Position numbers and translations under genes: made by a program. A DNA stretch of 64,000 nucleotides from contig CAYRUS010000001.1 of the NCBI GenBank assembly GCA_964427735.1, forward strand, positions 290,173 through 354,172, in the 5' to 3' direction. Shown piece by piece: positions 48,198-57,315 of the stretch. A model generated the notes under the pieces. That model saw only the letters and a program-made list of their open reading frames with translations. It was not told where the DNA came from and did not search any database. The stretch comes from an uncultured Gammaproteobacteria bacterium (GTDB taxonomy: Bacteria > Patescibacteriota > Microgenomatia > UBA8517). How positions within the stretch are numbered: position 1 is the stretch's first letter; each line of letters begins with the position of its first letter.

Positions 48198-48804
48198 TTC
48201 CGATCTTTTTACTCATACCATTATCGACAATAAAGCTGACAAGACTCTTTTCCTGCTTCATGGCACAGGTGGCACTGAAAATGATTTTCTTTTTTTAGAC
48301 GAGCTTTTGGATAAAAAATATAATTTAGTTGGTTTACGAGGGAACATCGTTGAAAGCGGAATGAGCAGGTTTTTTAAAAGGCATTCTGTAGGAGTGTTTG
48401 ACGAGAAGAGTATTAAAAATGAGTCTGAAAAACTAAGAAAATTTATAAAGAGTTGGATGAGTCTTCACAAAATAAAGATCGATGATTTGGTGTTCCTTGG
48501 TTATTCAAACGGTGCAAACATACTTCTTGCAACACTATTTTATTATCCTGAAGTTATAAAAAATTTAGTTTTACTTCATCCAATGCTTCCGTTTGAACCA
48601 AACACTGATTCGCTTAACTTAACATCTCATACTGCGTTTTTAAGTTATGGAAAAGATGACCACTTGATTTCCGAAGAAGATAGTAAAAAAATTATAAATT
48701 TACTAAGCTCTCTGAATGCAAATCTTACTGTCAAAGAATTTGCCTCCGGACACGAGGTTACGCAGACAGAGATTGATGCAGTCGTTACTTATCTGTCAGT
48801 CTGA
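48169..48804 (+). CDS. phospholipase/carboxylesterase family alpha/beta hydrolase
   Basis: LHGTGGTENDF, GYSNGAN nucleophile elbow, C-terminal His. Confidence 0.8.
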   Translation: MIQSLCMNNNSDLFTHTIIDNKADKTLFLLHGTGGTENDFLFLDELLDKKYNLVGLRGNIVESGMSRFFKRHSVGVFDEKSIKNESEKLRKFIKSWMSLHKIKIDDLVFLGYSNGANILLATLFYYPEVIKNLVLLHPMLPFEPNTDSLNLTSHTAFLSYGKDDHLISEEDSKKIINLLSSLNANLTVKEFASGHEVTQTEIDAVVTYLSV

Positions 48805-48828
48805 CTACAATGCTTCAGAATTTGTCTC

Positions 48829-48883
48829 AATCTTCGGGTAAATGTTGGTTTTATGCTTCACATAGGTGAAGATAACAATATGT
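48829..48883 (+). repeat. copy A of a ~55-nt imperfect direct repeat (AATCTTCGGGTAAATGTTGGTTTT...ATAACAATATGT)
   Basis: ~85% identical to 56349-56403; contains TTGGTT-17nt-GAAGAT and the hairpin CTTCAC-ATAG-GTGAAG; ends at an ATG. Confidence 0.7.
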
Positions 48884-48886
48884 ACG

Positions 48887-49426
48887 ATGAGCATAAAAGA
48901 AAAGTAACTTTGGGCTGTAGCAAATGTTCTCCGCGGGAAAATGAATGCCGATGAATACAAAAACTACATTCTTGGTTTTATCTTCTACAAATATCTTTCA
49001 GAAAGGCTATCCAAATATGTAAATGACAAACTCCTTGCAAGCGAAAATTATAGTTTCGAGGAGATCAAAGAAAATACCAAAAAAGGGAAAGAAATAATCG
49101 AAGCCGTCAAGCAAGCCTGTCTGGGTCATCTGGGCTATTTCCTGAATCCTTCAGAACTTTTTCACTATCTGGTCAAAAAAGGAAATAACGAAATAAAGGC
49201 AGAGGAAAACTTTATTCTTGAAGATCTTAAAAAGTCAATCAAAACAGCAATTCATACTAATTGCCTACAGCTAAATAAAAAAATAAAAGCCCAAGCAATG
49301 CAAAGACGACCATTTCGTGCTTTTCGTACTTTGGTGCATCCCAAAATGACCTACTTGTGTAAACCAGTTTTTTACTCCTTTAAGTTGCAGATAGTCCCTG
49401 TAAATATGAATAAAACAAAAAGCTGA
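48887..49426 (+). pseudogene. hsdM: type I restriction-modification methyltransferase subunit HsdM, N-terminal remnant
   Basis: MSIKEK-TAA-LWAVANVLRGKMNADEYKNYILGFIFYKYLSE matches the HsdM N-terminal domain but has an in-frame TAA at codon 7 and diverges/truncates after ~110 aa. Confidence 0.65.
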
Positions 49427-49470
49427 TAGCAAGAAAAAACCAAAGGAACTTTTTTATAATAATACAAAAT

Positions 49471-50355
49471 CTAATACTGTCTTGTTCTATGAGTTTTGGG
49501 GAGACGCTTTTGACTTTTATTCCAGGTATTATACTTACCTTTAATTTTTTCTAATTGCTTTTGGTTGGCTAATTTTTCAAATACTCGGGAAATATGTAAC
49601 CAATCTTCATCACTTAAATCTTTAATTGTCATCCCCTTTTTATTTAAATCTTCTACGATCTTTTGTGCTTGTTTTCGGGTAAAAACCCTGCCTAAGTTGT
49701 CCTCTAAAGTATCATTCTTTTGGTGATATGTAAATATATGGGCTATCAAATCCTTCGCAACAACAGACCCCTCTCCTCTAACTTTTTTAAATTCTACTAA
49801 TGCAGCATCTGTTTTTGGTCTTGGTTCAAACTTATCTCTAGGGATTCTTTCTAAGACATTTCTCTCCCATCCCTCAATTGCTAATAATGCTGATACAAGA
49901 GTAGCTGCAGGTTTACCTACAAATTTTTCTGCTGCCGCCTCTTGCAATATTAGGTATGCTGCTTTTAGATTCTCATAAGAGCCTTCTAAAAATAGCATGT
50001 CTATTAATCGGCGGGTGTGATTAAAAGGAGGATTCCCAACCACTACAAGGCTTTCATATTTTCTCAAATTTTGTTTAAAAAAATCACCGTGAACAATTTC
50101 TACTTTCTCATCATCTGAAAATTTTTGTTTAAGTAAATTTGCTAAACGCTTATCCAGTTCAATACCAACAACTCTTTCGGACATCTCTGCAATGGCTTCT
50201 GTGATAGCTCCTTTTCCTGGGCCAATTTCTACTACTGTATGTCCCTTACTAATATCTGTACGCCGAAACAATCCCAAAGTATATTCCCGACTTTTAAGAA
50301 AGTTTTGGGATATGTCTAGTTTGTTTGGCATTTTCCCATGACTTAACCTCTCCAT
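49471..50355 (-). CDS. rRNA adenine N6-dimethyltransferase family (Erm/KsgA-like) with terminal extensions
   Basis: SQNFL motif, SAM site VVEIGPGKGAITEAI, catalytic VVGNPPFN, Erm/KsgA-like C-terminal helical domain. Confidence 0.75.
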   Translation of the reverse strand: MERLSHGKMPNKLDISQNFLKSREYTLGLFRRTDISKGHTVVEIGPGKGAITEAIAEMSERVVGIELDKRLANLLKQKFSDDEKVEIVHGDFFKQNLRKYESLVVVGNPPFNHTRRLIDMLFLEGSYENLKAAYLILQEAAAEKFVGKPAATLVSALLAIEGWERNVLERIPRDKFEPRPKTDAALVEFKKVRGEGSVVAKDLIAHIFTYHQKNDTLEDNLGRVFTRKQAQKIVEDLNKKGMTIKDLSDEDWLHISRVFEKLANQKQLEKIKGKYNTWNKSQKRLPKTHRTRQY

Positions 50356-50440
50356 TTTAAATACCTATTAATATAGTATATAATATAAAAGTGTCTTATA
50401 ATATTCAGGCAGGTTCTACTTGATACCATTATACTAAATT

Positions 50441-51022
50441 ATGTCAGAAATAAAAAATGCTACAGGATTATTTCATAAAGTTCATAGGTTTCTAAGCGAG
50501 ATGGATGCCAGATACTGGTCTGGTTTCTTAGGACAACTACCAACTGATGCTAGATCTAAGACATATACAAAATATTTAAAATTAGCAGGTGCTCAAATTG
50601 GAGAAAATTCATATATACACCACCGAGTAAAAATATGGCGTCCTGAAAACATAGTCATCGGTAAGGGAGTTAGAATTCCAGCTAGTACAGATATGGCAGG
50701 GATGGGTCGCATAACTATTGGAGATTACACATTAGTGGGAGCAAATGTTAGCTTTATTACCAACAATCATCCTTTAGAAGATGAAAGTCTTTCCTGGCAA
50801 GAAGTAATGATTGGTTCTCAACAGGACATTATTATAGGCAAGTATTGCTGGCTTATGAATAATTCTACAATTATAGCCGGAAAAAACGGTTTAGTAGTTA
50901 ACGATTATTCATGGATTGCCTCAGGTGCTTTAGTTGTAAAAGATATTCCAGAAGCTCAACTTTGGGGTGGCGTTCCTGCTGCATATATACGCAATGTGCA
51001 CAAAAGAGAAACAGCAATATGA
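50441..51022 (+). CDS. hexapeptide-repeat sugar O-acetyltransferase (left-handed beta-helix)
   Basis: Repeated [LIV]G-x4 hexapeptides (IGKGVRIPAS, IGDYTLVGANVSF, IGKYCWLMNNSTI). Confidence 0.8.
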   Translation: MSEIKNATGLFHKVHRFLSEMDARYWSGFLGQLPTDARSKTYTKYLKLAGAQIGENSYIHHRVKIWRPENIVIGKGVRIPASTDMAGMGRITIGDYTLVGANVSFITNNHPLEDESLSWQEVMIGSQQDIIIGKYCWLMNNSTIIAGKNGLVVNDYSWIASGALVVKDIPEAQLWGGVPAAYIRNVHKRETAI

Positions 51023-51786
51023 AAACTTTAAATTCAAAAAATATTTTGATCGTGGGGGCTTCTTCTCAATTGGGGCAATTAGTTTTTCAAGAACTTCTTG
51101 ACAATAACACCAATATAATCCTCTCCTCACGTAGAACTTCAGAAATACAATCTGCTATAGATTCAACTAGCATTCCAACCAAAGCTAGTGTGGACGTCTA
51201 TCCTGTTGATATTTCCGACCAAAATTCAATTAATGATTTGGTCAAATTTGTTAATAACCGCTTTTCAAAACTAGATATACTAATAAATTTATCAGGGATT
51301 GTATCCTATAAGCCAATACACGAATTAACTAATAAGGAAGTTGATATTACAATTCAAACTAACCTTGTAGGTCCTATTCTTCTTTTGAAATCCTTTCTAC
51401 CACTTATGCAGCCATCAAATTATAAAGTAATTGCTCAAATAGGCTCACTTGCCGGAGCTCGGGTGGGACACAAAAACTTCTCCATATACTCCGCAGCAAA
51501 AGAGGGTCTCATTGGCTTTTTCAGATCTTTGGTTCCAGAGCTAGAGCCACTTGGATATAAATTACTCCTCATAAGACCTGCAGGTTTTAATTCAAAAGCC
51601 CCTTTTAATGCTATCGGTGCAAATAAACTCGTAGAAAAATTCAAAAAATCAAAATTGGACTCTATCTCTAATGTTGCAAGCGGGATTGTTACTGCAATAC
51701 AGCATCCTAATTTGAATTCCTTCGAGGAAAAATTTATGGTTTTTCCTACAGAGTTGTCCAAATCTCTATATTATGGCAATAAATAA
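51019..51786 (+). CDS. SDR family oxidoreductase
   Basis: ILIVGASSQLG, and the YSAAK catalytic motif YxxxK; ATGA overlap with the upstream gene. Confidence 0.75.
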   Translation: MKTLNSKNILIVGASSQLGQLVFQELLDNNTNIILSSRRTSEIQSAIDSTSIPTKASVDVYPVDISDQNSINDLVKFVNNRFSKLDILINLSGIVSYKPIHELTNKEVDITIQTNLVGPILLLKSFLPLMQPSNYKVIAQIGSLAGARVGHKNFSIYSAAKEGLIGFFRSLVPELEPLGYKLLLIRPAGFNSKAPFNAIGANKLVEKFKKSKLDSISNVASGIVTAIQHPNLNSFEEKFMVFPTELSKSLYYGNK

Positions 51787-53101
51787 GCAAACCAACACAA
51801 TACTTTTTGTCAGTCAATCTTTTTATCCTGCTGTAGGAGGAGTATCTACGCTTTTACTTAATGTGGCAGACTTTATTCAGAAAAAAGGTTATCGAATTCA
51901 TACGATTCACTTTGAAATCCCTGGGGCAGATAAAGAATTGAAGATTAGTGGTATACCCATAACACAACATGTGATTCCTAGTGAATTAATGTCTGATTCC
52001 ATAAAAAAGGGATATGCGGACTTTAAAGAAATTATTTACGGTCATTTACATGGTCTCAAAGATTTTCCTTATAGCAACATTCAAGAAGTCCCTGGTTATG
52101 AAGATTTCATATCAGTATCCGAACTGTTTCTCAAACAAGTTTGTCGCGTAATATCTGAAGAAAATATTGATATTGTTCATCTACATGATTACCAGGTAAT
52201 TGGATGTCTTTCTGCCCTACCTGTCGGTGTCAAATCAGTATTTAGTTTACATGCACCTTTATTAAAAAATGTTAATCCGGTAGTATCAAATTGGTTAGTA
52301 AAATACTTAAACAAAGCAAACGCACTGGTATTTTCAGTAGATGAATATTCTCAGACAGCAATTGAAGTAGGTTTACCTAAAGAAAAAATTAGTACCTTGC
52401 CGCCTATCATAGATCCTAAGATTATGGATATTAATTCTGATACCCCTATTCCTCCTTTATCTAAAATCTCCAAAAATGATATTGTTATCACTTGTGTACA
52501 AAGATTTGATTCAAAATCCGGTCAGTATCAGCTAGTATCTGCATTTTCTGAAATTACAAATCGCCACCCTAACGCTCGCCTATTACTTGTTGGTGGTCCT
52601 TCCTTTACTGATTCAATTTCCTCTGTCCGTCAAAGATATTATAGCGAAGTTGTTGACCTGATAGGTAAACTTGGATTAAAAGACAAAGTGATTTTAGCTG
52701 GAAATGTCGATTATCTAGATTTACCCCGGGTTTACCGGAGATCTGATATCGTGGTTATGCTTTCAAAGATGGAGTGCTTTGGGTTAGCTGTATCCGAGGC
52801 CATGTACCATGGAAAACCTGTTGTAGTAACAGATGTAGGTGGTTTAGCTTATCAAGTTAAGCATGGATACAATGGTTTTCGTGTCAAACCTCGCAATATA
52901 CCTAATACTGCTAAATATTTAGATCTGTTAGTAAGCGATGTAAAACTTCAAACTAAAATGGGTAACAATGGAAAGAAATTTTTCAATCGTTACCTGGATC
53001 CTAGAGTTATTATGCCCAAGTATGTACAAATTTATTCTCGAATATTACGTGGTAAAAACCCTGTTGGGGGATACGATTATCTATACAATCAAATCCGTTA
53101 A
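51773..53101 (+). CDS. glycosyltransferase family 4 (GT-B)
   Basis: C-terminal GLAVSEAMYHGKPVVVTDVGG motif. Confidence 0.85.
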   Translation: MAINKQTNTILFVSQSFYPAVGGVSTLLLNVADFIQKKGYRIHTIHFEIPGADKELKISGIPITQHVIPSELMSDSIKKGYADFKEIIYGHLHGLKDFPYSNIQEVPGYEDFISVSELFLKQVCRVISEENIDIVHLHDYQVIGCLSALPVGVKSVFSLHAPLLKNVNPVVSNWLVKYLNKANALVFSVDEYSQTAIEVGLPKEKISTLPPIIDPKIMDINSDTPIPPLSKISKNDIVITCVQRFDSKSGQYQLVSAFSEITNRHPNARLLLVGGPSFTDSISSVRQRYYSEVVDLIGKLGLKDKVILAGNVDYLDLPRVYRRSDIVVMLSKMECFGLAVSEAMYHGKPVVVTDVGGLAYQVKHGYNGFRVKPRNIPNTAKYLDLLVSDVKLQTKMGNNGKKFFNRYLDPRVIMPKYVQIYSRILRGKNPVGGYDYLYNQIR

Positions 53102-53106
53102 CTATT

Positions 53107-53853
53107 ATGAAAATAATATCAGGAACAATTGCTCGCAATGCTCAAGATCTAATAACTGCAATGGTACAATCATTATCGTGGGTAGATGAAATCGTTATTA
53201 TGAACGATCATAGTACTGACAATACAGTTAATGTGTTAGAAAGTTTATCAGCATCCACACCTCTTGAATTGCCCAATATCCATATAGTTCATCCATTCTC
53301 CCACCGAACTATGATGGATTTAAATCCAGACGGCACGCGCGACATTTCACACGAGATGGAAGTTAGAAATTTATTTATAGATTTATTGTTTAATAAATTT
53401 GCACCAGATGCAGTGCTTTTGGTTGACTCTGACGAACTAATAAGCTCTAAACTTAGACAAATAATCGAAAAAGCACATAGAGACAACTTTGCCTCTGTTG
53501 CTTTTAACTGTATACACTTGTTTGACGAGAACCACTATCTACATGTCTATGAAAACGAGTGGAATGGCGTTAATATGGTCGACCCACATGTACGTGTATT
53601 ATTTAAAAAAATCAAATATCAAAGAGGTGAGTGGGAAGATGTTCCTGATTGTTTTATAAAGCCTACTTCAAAGACCTGTTGTGTCAACGGACCATATCAC
53701 TATCATTTAAAATACCTCAATAGATTAGGACTCCCAAACTATTCATTCAGATTTCTTCCACGATACCTTACAAAAGACAACTCGAAGGAATACATTAGAA
53801 AGCTTGTATATCCGATCCCGAAAGATTTAATTTCAATAATTAATAACATTTAA
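53107..53853 (+). CDS. glycosyltransferase family 2-like
   Basis: VIMNDHSTDNT and LLVDSDEL (DxD-like) motifs. Confidence 0.65.
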   Translation: MKIISGTIARNAQDLITAMVQSLSWVDEIVIMNDHSTDNTVNVLESLSASTPLELPNIHIVHPFSHRTMMDLNPDGTRDISHEMEVRNLFIDLLFNKFAPDAVLLVDSDELISSKLRQIIEKAHRDNFASVAFNCIHLFDENHYLHVYENEWNGVNMVDPHVRVLFKKIKYQRGEWEDVPDCFIKPTSKTCCVNGPYHYHLKYLNRLGLPNYSFRFLPRYLTKDNSKEYIRKLVYPIPKDLISIINNI

Positions 53854-53856
53854 ACT

Positions 53857-54423
53857 ATGCCATATTCAGACCCTAGATTCGATAATAAAATTTTAGACTT
53901 TTTAAAACAAAATAAGTCTGGAAATTATCTTGATATCGGCCCCGGGGCAGGTAAATACGGGAAAATGATAAGAAGCATAACTCACACAGCTAGTATTTTA
54001 GCCGTAGAAGCTGAATCATCATATATAGACCTTTTCAATCTAAAAGAAATATACGATGAAGTTATTAATATGAGAATTGAGGATTTTGTTCGTGAAAATC
54101 CCGGATTTTCTACAGATATTGTAATCATTGGCGATTGCCTGGAGCATTTACCAAAAAGCAATGGATTAGATTTGATACATTATCTCATGTACCGTTCTCG
54201 TTTTATCATTATTACTTTTCCTAGCAAGTATATTCAATACGATTGGGATGGAGTATCTTCAGAAGCTCATTACTCTGTCTGGTCACGCGAGGATTTTCTT
54301 CCTTTCAAACACCAGTATTTCAATCAACATTATATGAATTTAGTTATTCTGAATGGATTTTTGAGTGATCCAGAAAGTATCTATCCACCTACACCAGAAG
54401 AAGTAAAAGCTGCAAATTCCTAG
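53857..54423 (+). CDS. class I SAM-dependent methyltransferase
   Basis: YLDIGPGAGKYG motif I and IIIGDCLEHL motif. Confidence 0.7.
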   Translation: MPYSDPRFDNKILDFLKQNKSGNYLDIGPGAGKYGKMIRSITHTASILAVEAESSYIDLFNLKEIYDEVINMRIEDFVRENPGFSTDIVIIGDCLEHLPKSNGLDLIHYLMYRSRFIIITFPSKYIQYDWDGVSSEAHYSVWSREDFLPFKHQYFNQHYMNLVILNGFLSDPESIYPPTPEEVKAANS

Positions 54424-55592
54424 TGACCAATTTCATCGAGGCTGTTTGCAAGTTGTTTGCGAAAACCAAAATAAGAAAAATGCTTTCTTATGTAGTATGA
54501 TCCTGCTTTACTTTTACGATCTAATTCTTTTCTATTTGATAATAAATTTAAAACAGCCTGAGCGTAGTCCTCAATTGTACCATCAATTACTAATCCACCA
54601 CCAGACTTTGCAATAATAGAGTCAGACCCTCCACATTTTGTTATTACTACCGGTAATCCCGATGCCATTGCTTCCAAGGTGGAAATGCCCAAACCCTCTT
54701 GAATGGGAGTAGCTGCAAATAAGTGTGCTTTCTTAAGTATTCTTGGCAATTCATGGCGTTCTAAAAAAGGCAATACATTAACCTGTTCATTTAATCCTAA
54801 ATTTTTTACGAAATTCTTTATTGAATTGTTTGGATTGTCTCCAACAAGTATCAATTTAGCTGTAGGTATGCTATTTAATACTAATTTGAATGATTCCAAC
54901 AAAAATTTTATGTTTTTTCTAGGATCATCAAGTCTACCGGTATAAATGATTCTAGGGTCACCTTCAGGTAAGGGACTGTAGGAAAATAGTTCAAATTCAA
55001 TTGGAGGATTTAAAACTTCTATCTGATCACTGCCTAATCCAAATGTTCTAGCAATTTTATCTGCTGTATAGTCACTTAGTGCAAATATCTTTTCTGCACC
55101 TTTATATACCTGCCCTTCCAATTTCTCGAGTTTGCTCCACAATTTACTCATCCTCAGTCGTTGAGCAGGTTCGTCACCGATAAGGGAATTATATTTTGAT
55201 TCTAATTCGTCTGAGTACAAAGTGGCTGTCCAAAGAAAGTACGGCTTACCGCTCATAAGTAGTGGCAGGGCAGTGTGTGAAGTTGCCAAAACAGCTAAAG
55301 AAACATCGGTTTTTTTAGGTATATATTTGGCTTTCAAACCAAATATTTGGTGGTGTAAGTAAGGATTATCATCAAACTTAGGATAAGCAGTAGTTGGTAC
55401 TACAGAATAGTTTAAACTGTTAACTTGTCTCTTATAACTGCCCTTAAACATATTCAGTCCTGGATTATAATCTGGCATTACCAAATTTACATAATAGCCA
55501 GAATCAGTTATAGCACTGATTGCATCATCGATCATTGTTTTTATCCCACCTCCCCAAGAGTAAGGACTGGTAATAACAGTACATTGCTTCAT
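54420..55592 (-). CDS. glycosyltransferase family 4 (GT-B)
   Basis: EGLGISTLEAMASGLPVVITKCGG motif; 390 aa. Confidence 0.85.
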   Translation of the reverse strand: MKQCTVITSPYSWGGGIKTMIDDAISAITDSGYYVNLVMPDYNPGLNMFKGSYKRQVNSLNYSVVPTTAYPKFDDNPYLHHQIFGLKAKYIPKKTDVSLAVLATSHTALPLLMSGKPYFLWTATLYSDELESKYNSLIGDEPAQRLRMSKLWSKLEKLEGQVYKGAEKIFALSDYTADKIARTFGLGSDQIEVLNPPIEFELFSYSPLPEGDPRIIYTGRLDDPRKNIKFLLESFKLVLNSIPTAKLILVGDNPNNSIKNFVKNLGLNEQVNVLPFLERHELPRILKKAHLFAATPIQEGLGISTLEAMASGLPVVITKCGGSDSIIAKSGGGLVIDGTIEDYAQAVLNLLSNRKELDRKSKAGSYYIRKHFSYFGFRKQLANSLDEIGH

Positions 55593-55611
55593 AACCTGTT
55601 AGAATATTAAC

Positions 55612-56361
55612 ATGACTCATATAGTATCCGCTATATTCATGGATGTAGACGGCACTTTGGTAACTAGAAACTCTACTTCAATGCCATCTCCTGCAGTGAC
55701 CAACTCAGTAATTCAAATAAGCAAACAATTGCCAACAGGTTTGATTACAGCCCGTTCAATACAAAAAGCAGAATATTTGACTGAGGGACTGAATTTATCC
55801 GGTATTTCTGTAATGATAAATGGGTCACAGATTCTAGATCATCGCTCAGGTAGAATTATAGGAGACTATATTATCAATCCTAATAAAGTACAACAGATTC
55901 TGTCTGCTATTGGTGATATGAATCTGGAAATCTTTGTTCAAAGTGATGGGGACGACAACCAATATTATCCAGGTTTTACACCAATTGAGTCAAATATTAT
56001 CTGGACTTCAAAAACCACTATTTCTCAATTTAAACGAATAAATAACCGTTTAAATAATCTCAAAGATATTAAGGTTGAATTGGGTCATCAACATTCAGAT
56101 AATTTGTATGATATTTTCATTACTCCTCTTGAATCAGGTAAAGCCAATGCGTTCAAAACGGCTATCTCAAAATTACAGGTAGATGCGAAAAATGTCATGT
56201 ATATTGGAGATGGTATTAATGATATTCAGGTAATGAAATTGTGTGGTATTAAGGTTGCAATGGGCAATGCTGTGGACGAACTAAAAGAGATTGCAGACTA
56301 TGTTGTTTCTACTTGTGATAATGATGGAGTGGCAGAAGCTTTAAATATAATCTTCGGGTAA
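55612..56361 (+). CDS. HAD-superfamily Cof-type sugar-phosphate phosphatase
   Basis: Motif I FMDVDGTLV; motif IV YIGDGINDIQVMKLCGIKVAMGNA. Confidence 0.8.
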   Translation: MTHIVSAIFMDVDGTLVTRNSTSMPSPAVTNSVIQISKQLPTGLITARSIQKAEYLTEGLNLSGISVMINGSQILDHRSGRIIGDYIINPNKVQQILSAIGDMNLEIFVQSDGDDNQYYPGFTPIESNIIWTSKTTISQFKRINNRLNNLKDIKVELGHQHSDNLYDIFITPLESGKANAFKTAISKLQVDAKNVMYIGDGINDIQVMKLCGIKVAMGNAVDELKEIADYVVSTCDNDGVAEALNIIFG

Positions 56362-56403
56362 ATGTTGGTTTTTGGTTTCACATAGGGTAAAATAACAATA
56401 TGT
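56349..56403 (+). repeat. copy B of the ~55-nt imperfect direct repeat
   Basis: Overlaps the last codons of the HAD gene and ends at the ATG of the 56400 ORF. Confidence 0.7.
56365..56393 (+). promoter_or_regulatory. sigma70-like promoter inside repeat B (TTGGTT-17nt-TAAAAT) placed for a leaderless transcript of the 56400 ORF
   Basis: The -10 box ends 6 nt before the ATG and there is no Shine-Dalgarno; other genes in the window share this arrangement. Confidence 0.4.
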
Positions 56404-56969
56404 CCTTAAAAAAAGAAATTTCCGAAGAAATAAATCGGAGAAAAGAACAAAGACTTCGTGAACAAAAGAAAGATGAAAAAGAGGAAAAACAAAAACAACT
56501 CGACCTAGAAAGAAGACTAAAGTTGATGGGACTGTACCTCAAGACAAGCAACGCAGAAAATCTACTAACTCAAGTTAACCAACAATATCTAGATGGTAAA
56601 GGTGAACTTATAAAAACTGCAGAAATACAAACATATGAAGTTACCGACTATGATGATTGGTCAAAACGCACTTATGAAGTGACAAAGCCAGTTGTAGGTA
56701 TTCGTTTATCTTGGATTGCACAACAGGGAGCAGAAGAGAAAGAGTGCTTCATAGGCGTTTCTGTAAATTGTGAACCTAGCCGATTTGATGGTAAACCTCA
56801 TTATATGAGTATTAATGTTTACAATGATTTACCTGTGTCGGCCGATGAAAATAATAGTATTCACGATTACGAAACAAAAATGAAATGGAAATCACTTGCA
56901 ATAATAAGGTTAGTAAGAAAATCTATTGCAAGAAGAGTTGTAGACCACATCGAAGCAGGACTCATTTAA
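56400..56969 (+). CDS. hypothetical protein with a charged N-terminal coiled-coil
   Basis: 189-aa ORF. Confidence 0.5.
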   Translation: MSLKKEISEEINRRKEQRLREQKKDEKEEKQKQLDLERRLKLMGLYLKTSNAENLLTQVNQQYLDGKGELIKTAEIQTYEVTDYDDWSKRTYEVTKPVVGIRLSWIAQQGAEEKECFIGVSVNCEPSRFDGKPHYMSINVYNDLPVSADENNSIHDYETKMKWKSLAIIRLVRKSIARRVVDHIEAGLI

Positions 56970-57315
56970 AACTGTTAAACAATTTCACCAAAATCCCATA
57001 TCTTTGCCATAATAAAGCAACTGAGGATAAAATAGTATATGACCGATGAGCAAAGTATATAAAAATTTGGTTAAATACAGATGTTGAAAAATTTAGAAAA
57101 TTATGACACATCAAGAGCAAGCTAAAGAAAAAAACCAATGGATGAGATTTAAATAAAAGATCTTTGATATAGAAATACCTCCAGAGGTTGCCAAGCTGTT
57201 CAACCGAGACCTCCACATGATTATTAGACCACTTAGTGAGCCTATAAAAATTGTAAACTGATTATAAAAGATGTACTCTCTTATAAAGGATATAATTATT
57301 AACCTTCAAGTATAA

